Assembly: GCA_007134675.1 (NCBI GenBank)
Contig: SLKJ01000030.1
Location: 1,998 to 65,997 of the forward strand
From: Bacteroidales bacterium
GTDB taxonomy: Bacteria > Bacteroidota > Bacteroidia > Bacteroidales > PUMT01
DNA: 64,000 nt
Direction of reading: 5' to 3'
The position numbers were made by a program, and so were the translations under genes. Shown in pieces: positions 56,464 to 64,000 of the stretch. Below the pieces are notes generated by a model. The model had not been told where the DNA came from, made no database searches, and saw nothing but the letters and a program-made list of their open reading frames with translations. How positions within the stretch are numbered: position 1 is the first letter of the stretch; every line of letters starts with the position of its first letter.

Positions 56464-57300
56464 TTATTCTATCCTGGCCCCGCAGGTTTTGCAGAAGTTT
56501 GCTTCCGGCTCATGAAAAGCTTCGTCACAATACCTGCAAAATTTTTTCTTATGATACCTGTCCCCCACTGAGCGTGATATCTCAACAGATACGATGCCTG
56601 TCGGTATGGCAATAATGCTGTAACCCAGAAGCATTATAAATGTGGCTATGAACTTCCCCAGGTCCGTTACCGGGACAATATCACCGTATCCAACAGTGGT
56701 CAGGGTTATAACTGCCCAGTAGATGCTGAGAGGAATGCTGTAGAAACCATTGTCAGCATCCTCAACCACGTACATTATGCTGCCAAGCATTATAACCAGT
56801 ATTAGGATGAACATCATGAAGATAAGGATCTTACGCATGCTGTTACGAAGGGCCAGCAGAAGAAGGTGTCCGGCGCGAATGAACCTGTAAAGCTTAAGAA
56901 TACGGTATATTCTAAGCAGCCTGATACCACGGATTACGATAAAGGGCTGTGCTTCGGGGAGGACAACGGCAATATAGGTGGGTATTATTGCAAGAAAGTC
57001 CACTACACCGAGAAAGCTGAAGATATAATCCTTAGGTTTTGGTGCGCTGATTATCCGCAGTATATATTCCACCGAAAAGGCCAGGGTGAAAAACCATTCG
57101 GCCCTGTTTAAATGTGTGCCATACACAGCCCTGACATCAGCTATGCTTTCAAGCATTACCACGGCTATGCTGATTAAGATCATTACAAGGAGGATCTCAT
57201 CAAAAATCTTCCCGTAAAAAGTGTCCGATTCAAAAATTATCTCGTATACCTTTTTCTTCCAGGGCTTCTGATTGACGGGTTCCTTTTTATTCTTATTCAT
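56464..57300 (-). CDS. Voltage-gated-type (6TM) K+ channel with C-terminal zinc-ribbon
   Basis: S4-like IRGIRLLRIYRILKLYRFIR, selectivity filter TLTTVGYGD, and C-terminal CRYC...CKTCG. Confidence 0.85.
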   Translation of the reverse strand: MNKNKKEPVNQKPWKKKVYEIIFESDTFYGKIFDEILLVMILISIAVVMLESIADVRAVYGTHLNRAEWFFTLAFSVEYILRIISAPKPKDYIFSFLGVVDFLAIIPTYIAVVLPEAQPFIVIRGIRLLRIYRILKLYRFIRAGHLLLLALRNSMRKILIFMMFILILVIMLGSIMYVVEDADNGFYSIPLSIYWAVITLTTVGYGDIVPVTDLGKFIATFIMLLGYSIIAIPTGIVSVEISRSVGDRYHKKKFCRYCDEAFHEPEANFCKTCGARIE

Positions 57301-57396
57301 TGTTTCTGATCAGAGCATGCAAAATCAAAATGCGAATGTACAAAAACCGGGAATAAAAATAAGAGGTTTATATGTATACCGAGTATAATTATTTGA

Positions 57397-57404
57397 TACA
57401 TTTG
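57397..57404 (+). promoter_or_regulatory. -7 element candidate TAcaTTTG upstream of trkA
   Basis: Exact TAnnTTTG match, 27 nt before the ATG at 57432. Confidence 0.35.
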
Positions 57405-57431
57405 TGCGACAGGCAAAACCATTTATTCGTT

Positions 57432-58772
57432 ATGAAGATTATTATTGCAGGGGCGGGAGAGGTAGGAACCCATCTTGCCAAGATGCTGAGCAATGAGAAA
57501 CATGTTGTGATTGTTATTGACTCTGATGCAGAAAAGCTGAAATTCATAGAACAGAACTATGATCTGATGACGGTTTGCGGTTCTGCCACCTCATTTGAGG
57601 TTATGAGAGAAGCCAGGGTGAAGAAATGTGACCTTTTTATTGCCGTTACCCCTTTTGAAGATACAAACATCACCGGAGCAATAATGGCAAAAAAACTAGG
57701 TGCAAAAAAAACAATTGCCCGCATTGACAGTTCTGAATATCTTATTGCTAATAACAAGGAACTTTTTATCTCACTTGGCGTTGATTACCTCTTCTATCCG
57801 GAGAGAATAGTTTCCAGGGAGATAATAACTCTTTTGAATAAAACATCTACAACCGATTTTGTTGATTATGCAGGAGGTAAACTTTCCCTTTACGTAATCA
57901 AGCTGGATGAAAGCTCCCCGGTCATTAGCCAGTCCCTTTTAGATATTGCAAAAAAGAATATAAGGCTTGAATATCGTGCTGTTGCAATAACCAGAAAAGG
58001 TGAGACAATTATTCCCAGGGGTGGCGAAAAGTTTTTGATCAACGATCTTGTTTACGTAATAACCAGTCCGGGCGGTGTTCCTGAGATAATGAAGTATTGC
58101 GGCAAGGAGAATATTGCGGTTAAAAATATCATGATACTGGGTGGAAGCAGAACCGGCATAAGGACAGCAATGGATTTCGAACACCACTCCAATATCAAGC
58201 TGATAGAGATTGATAAGGAAAAATGCAATAAAATAGCTGAATATGTGGACGATACTCTTATCATAAATGGAGATGGCAGGAATATTGATCTTCTCAGGGA
58301 AGCAGGTATAGGCAACATGGACGCTTTTATAGCAGTTACAGGCAGTGCAGAGACAAATATCCTCTCCAGCCTGATGGCTAAGAAATTTGGTGTAAAAAAG
58401 GTTATTTGCGAGGTTGAGAATTTTGATTATATCTCCATTGCTGAGAATATGGGACTGGATACCATTATCAACAAGAAAGTAAGCACTGCAAGCCGGATTC
58501 ACCGTTTTACAATAGATGATGATGTTTCATCAATAAAATGTCTAACAGGAACAGATGCTGAGATACTCGAATATGTTGCCAAACAAGGCAGCCTGATAAC
58601 CAGGGGGGCTGTAAAAACTATTGATATTCCCAATGATGCTATTATCGGGGGCGTTGTCCGTGGAAACTCAAGCTTCATTGTTCACGGTAATACCCAGATA
58701 AAACCCAAAGATATTGTTATCGTATTTGCCCTTCCTTCTGCAAAATTTAAAATTGGAAGATTTTTTAATTAA
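57432..58772 (+). CDS. trkA: Trk system K+ uptake protein TrkA (tandem RCK/NAD-binding domains)
   Basis: MKIIIAGAGEVGTHLA, with a second Rossmann motif IMILGGSRTG. The start is moved from the track's 57372 to the ATG at 57432. Confidence 0.85.
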   Translation: MKIIIAGAGEVGTHLAKMLSNEKHVVIVIDSDAEKLKFIEQNYDLMTVCGSATSFEVMREARVKKCDLFIAVTPFEDTNITGAIMAKKLGAKKTIARIDSSEYLIANNKELFISLGVDYLFYPERIVSREIITLLNKTSTTDFVDYAGGKLSLYVIKLDESSPVISQSLLDIAKKNIRLEYRAVAITRKGETIIPRGGEKFLINDLVYVITSPGGVPEIMKYCGKENIAVKNIMILGGSRTGIRTAMDFEHHSNIKLIEIDKEKCNKIAEYVDDTLIINGDGRNIDLLREAGIGNMDAFIAVTGSAETNILSSLMAKKFGVKKVICEVENFDYISIAENMGLDTIINKKVSTASRIHRFTIDDDVSSIKCLTGTDAEILEYVAKQGSLITRGAVKTIDIPNDAIIGGVVRGNSSFIVHGNTQIKPKDIVIVFALPSAKFKIGRFFN

Positions 58773-58775
58773 GCA

Positions 58776-60224
58776 ATGATCAATTCAAAGAGGATAATCA
58801 ATATTCTCGGCCTTCTGATAATAATTGAAGGCTTTTTTGTTTTATTCTGTCTCCCGGTATCCTTGTATTATGGTGATGGTGATTTCACTGCATTATTAAT
58901 TACAGCAGTTATAATGTTTGCCACAGGGCTCACTGCATGGTATTTAACCAAAGATGCCGAAAGTTCCCTCGGTAAAAGGGAAGGGTTTATTATTGTAAGC
59001 ACTGTGTGGTTATTATTTTCTCTCCTGGGCAGCCTGCCTTTCTGGCTTAGCGGAGAAGTACCCGTATTTACCGATGCCTTTTTTGAGACAATTTCAGGTT
59101 TTACCACAACGGGAGCAACCATTCTTGTCGATATTGAAGCGATGCCTCATGGACTCCTCCTGTGGAGGAGCCTGACCCAGTGGATGGGAGGGATGGGCAT
59201 AATCGTATTGTCCCTTGCCATACTTCCTGTTCTTGGGATTGGTGGCATGCAGTTATTTGTTGCCGAGGTTCCCGGCCCGACAAAAGAGAAACTTCATCCC
59301 CGTGTTATGCAGACTGCCCAGCGTTTATGGGGGATATATATGCTTTTTACGGGACTGGAGGCGGTACTGCTCATGGCGGGAGGAATGAGTTTGTTTGATG
59401 CTGTCTGTCATTCGTTCACAACAATGGCCACAGGCGGATATTCGACCAGGCAGGCCAGTATTGCACATTTCGATTCGCCTTTTATTCACTATGTTATAAC
59501 GTTATTCATGTTTATCGCCGGAACCAATTTTATTCTTTCATATTTTGCAATCCACCTCCGTTTTGACAAGATATGGAAAAATGAGGAGTTCAGGTTTTAC
59601 ATTGGGTTGGTACTGTTTTCCACACTTATTTTCAGTGCCGGGCTGTTTTTAACAACTGAAAGTTCTGCGGAGGAATCATTCAGACTGGCAGCTTTCCAGG
59701 TCGTTTCAATTATCACCACGACTGGTTATGTAACAGCCGACTATCTGCTTTGGATTCCTTTGCTTTCTATTCTCATATTTGTACTTATGTTTTTTGGCGG
59801 ATCTGCCGGGTCAACAGGTGGGGGAATAAAAATTATCCGGGTCTTGCTTATTTTGAAAAACACATACCTGGAAGTAAAACGACTTATCTATCCCAATGCT
59901 GTTATTCCGGTTAAACTGAATGACCGGCCCGTTTCACAACAAATCGTGGGTAACGTGCTGGCATTTGTATTCATATATATTCTCATTCTAGTTATTTCCG
60001 TGGTAGTGATATCATCAATGGGGTATGATATTGATACATCATTTGGTGCGGCAGCTGCAACTCTGGGCAATATAGGCCCGGGAATAGGGCTGGTGGGACC
60101 GGTGGGGGATTATGCCCATTTTCCTGATTTTGGAAAATGGTTCCTTTCATTTCTTATGCTGCTTGGCAGGCTTGAGCTGTTCACGGTTCTTGTTCTGCTT
60201 GCCCCGGCTTTCTGGAGGAAATAA
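58776..60224 (+). CDS. trkH: TrkH-family K+ transporter membrane subunit
   Basis: 482 aa with repeated M1-P-M2 units and filter-like TTTG/ATGG/TTTGY/GNIGPG motifs. Confidence 0.85.
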   Translation: MINSKRIINILGLLIIIEGFFVLFCLPVSLYYGDGDFTALLITAVIMFATGLTAWYLTKDAESSLGKREGFIIVSTVWLLFSLLGSLPFWLSGEVPVFTDAFFETISGFTTTGATILVDIEAMPHGLLLWRSLTQWMGGMGIIVLSLAILPVLGIGGMQLFVAEVPGPTKEKLHPRVMQTAQRLWGIYMLFTGLEAVLLMAGGMSLFDAVCHSFTTMATGGYSTRQASIAHFDSPFIHYVITLFMFIAGTNFILSYFAIHLRFDKIWKNEEFRFYIGLVLFSTLIFSAGLFLTTESSAEESFRLAAFQVVSIITTTGYVTADYLLWIPLLSILIFVLMFFGGSAGSTGGGIKIIRVLLILKNTYLEVKRLIYPNAVIPVKLNDRPVSQQIVGNVLAFVFIYILILVISVVVISSMGYDIDTSFGAAAATLGNIGPGIGLVGPVGDYAHFPDFGKWFLSFLMLLGRLELFTVLVLLAPAFWRK

Positions 60225-60434
60225 TACAATAATTTGGAACTTTTTAAAAGTTATTAACGTATTATTAACAATTATTTCTATATTAGCCGGCATTTTAACC
60301 CTTAAAGAACCTGTCTTTGAAGAGTGGCCAGATGATACACGATGATTATCCCAATCGTTGTGGTTGCGGATTAATGACTCTAATGGTCATCGTTATAATC
60401 GTTATACTGGTAATACTTCTTTAAAAAACAGCCT

Positions 60435-63400
60435 TTACCTTCTGTTATACATTATTGTTAATTTCCGGATCATACCGGCAATCTCCCCGCCTGCATCCAT
60501 TGACCTCATTTTCCATAGCCAGTTGCCACCCGAAGTTGAAGGGGTATTCATCCTGGCCTCGCGCCCGAGGCCCATATAATCCTGCATTGGCACTATAGCT
60601 GTTGCAGCCGGTGAGGCAAAGACCATTCTGATGATCTCCCGGGAAGCTTCAGAGGCCCTGATCTTTTTTCCGGCATATTCCTGAAACCTTTTTTTACCGG
60701 CCCTGTCAAGCTCCCTGTCGTACCATCCTCGAAGAGTGTTGTTATCATGGGTCCCGGTATATACCAGCGAGTTTACAGAGTGATTGTGAGGGGTGTGTAT
60801 GTTTGTGGCCATATTCCGGTCAAAGGTGAACTGCAGCACCTGCATACCAGGAAGGCTGTAATGATCTCTCAGGTCATAAACATCCTGGTCAATATCACCC
60901 AGATCTTCGGCTACAAAGGGCATTGAGGGGAAAGCGGATTGTACCGCATCGAAAAATTCTGATCCGGGTCCCCGGCTCCATCTACCGTTTATGGCGGTTT
61001 TATCTTTTGCAGGAACTTCCCAGTAAGCTGAAAAGGCCCTGAAGTGATCCAACCGTAAAAGATCAAACAGTTCCAGGTTTTTGGCAAGCCTTTTAAGCCA
61101 CCAGTCATATCCGCTCTCTTTCATCCTGTTCCAGTCATACACCGGCATATTCCACAATTGACCGTTCTTGTCGAAATAGTCTGGAGGAACTCCTGCAACA
61201 GTTTTCATCCTGCCTTTCTCATCAAGGTTGAAAAGGTGCCGGCTGGCCCAGACCTCTGCGCTGTCGTAGCTTACATAAAAAGGGATATCTCCGAATATGA
61301 GGATTCCCTTTTTATTGGCATATTCTTTCAGCTTTCTCCATTGCCTGTAAAAGATAAACTGGTTGAATTTCTCCTGCATTATTTTGCCGGCAAATTCATA
61401 AGATGCAGTTTTCAGTGTTTTCTCATCACGGTTTTTCAATCCAGCCGGCCATTTGTTCCATTCCCTGCCGCCATAATTTTCCTTACAGGCCAGAAACAGG
61501 GTGTAGTCATCAAGCCAGTATGATTCATTGGCGCAAAACTTCTCATATTCCCTGAACAGGTAATTTCCCGCATCCTGCCTGAGCCTTTCCCAGGCCTTTT
61601 CAAGAAGCTCTTTTCTGAAAATGGCGGCCTTTTTGTGACAGACCCGGCTGCTGTTTTTGAAACCGGCCATATCCAGGTCGGAACCGCTTATCAGTCCCTC
61701 GACATAAAGTTTTGCCGGACTTACCAGGAGGGTGTTACCGGCGAAGGATGAAGGCGATGAGTAGGGTGACCAGGATTGTGATCCTGTAACCGGCGAAAGG
61801 GGTAGTGTCTGCCAGTATGTCTGGAAGGTTTGGGACAAAAAATCGGCAAAACGGCAGGCCTCCTCCCCTAGATCTCCTATCCCGTATTCTCCCGGCAGAG
61901 ATGAGATATGCATAAGTATACCTGCTTTCCTTGATGATGGGTTTATTTCGGACCTTAAAACGGCAACAGGAAAATGGCTGAATATCCCGGCGGCTGATAT
62001 TGTGTCGCATGCCCCTATATTTTCATCAGCTTCAAATGTTCTGCCGTCGGTTATATTCTTCCACCTGTGCGGAGCTCCTGCGGGCAGCTCAATAAAAGTA
62101 TCCTTCCACCGGATGGATGTAAAATGTTCTCCTTTCCTTTCGGAGGAAAGTTTTCCCGAACGTACCGGGATTATGCACAATAACCACTGGTCCCTCCATT
62201 TTCTGGCAAACCCCAGCACATTATCGCCGAATCTGCCACCTGTTTTGACAGGTATGTATTCTCCATTAAGGAATATATCCGGGCTGTATCTCCTTTCATT
62301 GAGCAGAATGCTTGTTAAAAGAAGCTTGATACGACCATCGGGGGCGTTTCTGTAAAGTGTGGCGATTGTCTGCGAAGGTTTTTGCTGCCATTGCATACTG
62401 ATTTCACCCAGCTCTGCATTAAGTGCCTCCAGGTTTACTTCCCTCCTGTTGTCAGGATCAACGAGGCTGAGATCCCACTTCTCAGTACCCCTGTAGATGT
62501 CCGGCATCCCCGGAGAGCAACATTTCAGCGCCAGTTGTGAAAGTGAATTTACAATTCCCCTCCATGCCAGCTTCCTGTGGAAGGGAAGGAAGGATTTAAG
62601 AAAACCGTGATTGGGGTCCAGGATCGCCTTTGCAAAATCGCAGACTGCCTTCTCATATTGTTCATCAGGATCTTCCCAGCTGCTGTTGTGCTTGGCCTCA
62701 CGCAAAGCTTTTACAAGATATTCACTTATGCGTGTGGTATATTCGGTGCAGGCATTTTCGTCAAATGGAAATGTCCCTGCGATGGTCTGGTAGATAAAAT
62801 ACTCCTCATTGTGCGAAGGTGCAGTGACCGTTTCTGATGGGCCTGAATCAGGGCTGTTGCCTGAAGGATTTGCCGGTATGGATATCTCACGCTTCAGTTT
62901 CAGGTTCATTTTCTGCCACTCTCTGACCAGTTTTATCCATTCATCAGGCAGGTCGCCGATTGCGTTCAGTCTTGCCCGAACATCCTCCCCCCTTTTAGTG
63001 TCATGGGTTGAGGTGCAGTTCATTGAAAGCGGACTTTCAAGAAGCCTCAGAGACATTGCATGGTGGAAATCAACATTATCCATGCCACGCGGTCCGATGC
63101 TGTCGCCCACTTCATTGCCCGCTATAAAACTGTTGTACCGGTACATAGAGGTGTCTTCCACCCCCTTGGCGGTGAGGGGACCGGCATACTGCATCAGTCT
63201 CCCGAAAAATTCCTTCAGCAGGCTGTAGTATTTATCGTCGGTTATCCTTTTCTGCAACACCAGGTCCCTCAGCAGGATAATAGCATTATTCAGTCCGCGA
63301 CCACTATGTTTCGATTTACCGGACAGGTTATTCCGTTTTATGGCGATATTGAAAATTTCACCCACCTTCTTACGGGTTTCCCCGGTAAGGGGATACTCTT

Positions 63401-64000
63401 CGGGATAGAGACGGTAAACCGGAAAGGCAAGCATAAATTCGCCTATGGCCTGCTTCATGGTTTCCCTGGTTATACCCTTTTTCTCATTGTATGCTGCGAT
63501 ACCAGCCTTTTCAGCATAACTGAAAAGGGATTCGAACCGCCGGCAGACATTATCAAGTTCTCCCTGCATATGGAAGCTGAGGATCAGCTTTTTATTTCGG
63601 TATACAATGTCTGAGGGAGAGTCCGTTTCGCCGGTAAACTGCCTGTAAAACCTGTCCAGTTTAATGTATCCTTTTTTGCTGACCATAAGGTTGTTGACCA
63701 GTGCCAGATAGTCATAGCCACTGCTTCCCTGAACAGGCCAGTTTTTGGGGATCTTTTCCCCTTTTTCAAGAATTTTCTCAACCACTATAAAGGTTTTCTC
63801 TCCAGCAGCTGAGCGAAGTCTTTTAAGATATTCCGCGGGCACCCTGAGTCCGTCCACATGATCAACCCTGAGCCCCTGTATGTGGCCTCCTTCAATAAGC
63901 TCAAAGATCAGACCATGGTGCTCATCCATTACGGCCTTATCTTCGATCCGTATACAAACCAGTCCCCCAACCGTAAAGAACCTTCTGTAGTTAATCCGCC
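60435..64000 (-). CDS. treY-malQ: Fusion: malto-oligosyltrehalose synthase (TreY, N-terminal, 5' end beyond window) plus 4-alpha-glucanotransferase (MalQ/GH77, C-terminal ~500 aa)
   Basis: TreY part: GLRVDHVDGL, VVEKIL...E.IP..WPVQGSSGYDY and CTSTHDTKRGED. MalQ part, from about nt 61950 downward: GILMHISSLPGEYGIGDLG, SPYSSPSSFAGN, LRLDHFRAF, VAEDLG and YTGTHDN. The ORF is open to the right edge of the window. Confidence 0.8.
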   Translation of the reverse strand, partial: RINYRRFFTVGGLVCIRIEDKAVMDEHHGLIFELIEGGHIQGLRVDHVDGLRVPAEYLKRLRSAAGEKTFIVVEKILEKGEKIPKNWPVQGSSGYDYLALVNNLMVSKKGYIKLDRFYRQFTGETDSPSDIVYRNKKLILSFHMQGELDNVCRRFESLFSYAEKAGIAAYNEKKGITRETMKQAIGEFMLAFPVYRLYPEEYPLTGETRKKVGEIFNIAIKRNNLSGKSKHSGRGLNNAIILLRDLVLQKRITDDKYYSLLKEFFGRLMQYAGPLTAKGVEDTSMYRYNSFIAGNEVGDSIGPRGMDNVDFHHAMSLRLLESPLSMNCTSTHDTKRGEDVRARLNAIGDLPDEWIKLVREWQKMNLKLKREISIPANPSGNSPDSGPSETVTAPSHNEEYFIYQTIAGTFPFDENACTEYTTRISEYLVKALREAKHNSSWEDPDEQYEKAVCDFAKAILDPNHGFLKSFLPFHRKLAWRGIVNSLSQLALKCCSPGMPDIYRGTEKWDLSLVDPDNRREVNLEALNAELGEISMQWQQKPSQTIATLYRNAPDGRIKLLLTSILLNERRYSPDIFLNGEYIPVKTGGRFGDNVLGFARKWRDQWLLCIIPVRSGKLSSERKGEHFTSIRWKDTFIELPAGAPHRWKNITDGRTFEADENIGACDTISAAGIFSHFPVAVLRSEINPSSRKAGILMHISSLPGEYGIGDLGEEACRFADFLSQTFQTYWQTLPLSPVTGSQSWSPYSSPSSFAGNTLLVSPAKLYVEGLISGSDLDMAGFKNSSRVCHKKAAIFRKELLEKAWERLRQDAGNYLFREYEKFCANESYWLDDYTLFLACKENYGGREWNKWPAGLKNRDEKTLKTASYEFAGKIMQEKFNQFIFYRQWRKLKEYANKKGILIFGDIPFYVSYDSAEVWASRHLFNLDEKGRMKTVAGVPPDYFDKNGQLWNMPVYDWNRMKESGYDWWLKRLAKNLELFDLLRLDHFRAFSAYWEVPAKDKTAINGRWSRGPGSEFFDAVQSAFPSMPFVAEDLGDIDQDVYDLRDHYSLPGMQVLQFTFDRNMATNIHTPHNHSVNSLVYTGTHDNNTLRGWYDRELDRAGKKRFQEYAGKKIRASEASREIIRMVFASPAATAIVPMQDYMGLGREARMNTPSTSGGNWLWKMRSMDAGGEIAGMIRKLTIMYNRR

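Noticed and set aside
60332-60424. 30-codon plus-strand ORF MIHDDYPNRCGCGLMTLMVIVIIVILVILL* downstream of trkH.
   Set aside because: It is attractive because of a Cys pair plus a hydrophobic tail. However, it sits in a 210-nt AT-rich convergent terminator region and ends 10 nt from the stop of the opposing gene. I have no supporting motif or conservation evidence, so chance cannot be excluded.
63528-63538. GGATTCGAACC, the reverse complement of a tRNA T-arm consensus.
   Set aside because: It lies inside the TreY coding frame. The flanking sequence cannot form a matching 7-bp acceptor stem (the 3' side would be CTTTTCA and no complementary 5' partner lies ~70 nt away). This is a chance match.
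63955-64000. Apparent frame problem at the extreme right edge. As I read the printed C-run around 63959-63961, the TreY-typical ...NYRRFFTVGGLVCIRIEDKAV... frame needs one C fewer.
   Set aside because: The last printed line seems to contain 41 characters. The ORF track starts this ORF at 63929 rather than at an upstream TTG, which fits the unshifted reading. This is most likely a display or counting artefact within 45 nt of the window edge, not a real frameshift.
1-64000. Search by eye for CRISPR arrays, rRNA or tRNA genes, transposases, integrases, and restriction or toxin-antitoxin style defence genes.
   Set aside because: I found none. All long ORFs have housekeeping-type assignments, and the only dispersed repeat is the promoter cassette reported above.

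Overview
This is a chromosomal, mostly housekeeping segment that I assign to Bacteroidota. The assignment rests on the gldE-gldD gliding genes after ssb, a PorP/SprF T9SS protein, a DUF5103/T9SS-plug-like protein, TAnnTTTG promoter motifs, a bS22-type mini ribosomal protein, and an Na+-NQR operon with apbE and nqrM. I support about 50 protein genes. I found no rRNA, tRNA, CRISPR array, transposase or integrase.

Most unusual features:
1. A translationally coupled gatC-gatA operon ends in a single 1109-codon ORF that fuses a complete GatB to a complete bacterial-type AspRS. This could be a covalently hard-wired transamidosome. It sits behind two orphan LytTR regulators.
2. Two tandem giant paralogues (1154 and 996 aa) combine receiver-like domains with a PPDK_N-type ATP-grasp domain. 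They lack the phospho-His swivel and PEP/pyruvate domains. They lie between a tandem Usp gene and an OsmC gene.
3. A 120-175 nt intergenic repeat family carries TAnnTTTG promoter motifs. It occurs three times in the same orientation, directly upstream of the ompH-like gene, nqrA and gatC.
4. An untracked 30-codon bS22-like ORF lies next to the HU gene.
5. A TreY-MalQ fusion runs off the right edge of the window.
6. An nqrM gene and a divergent paralogue bracket a perM-like transporter.

All calls come from reading the sequence and ORF translations by eye. No database search was run.
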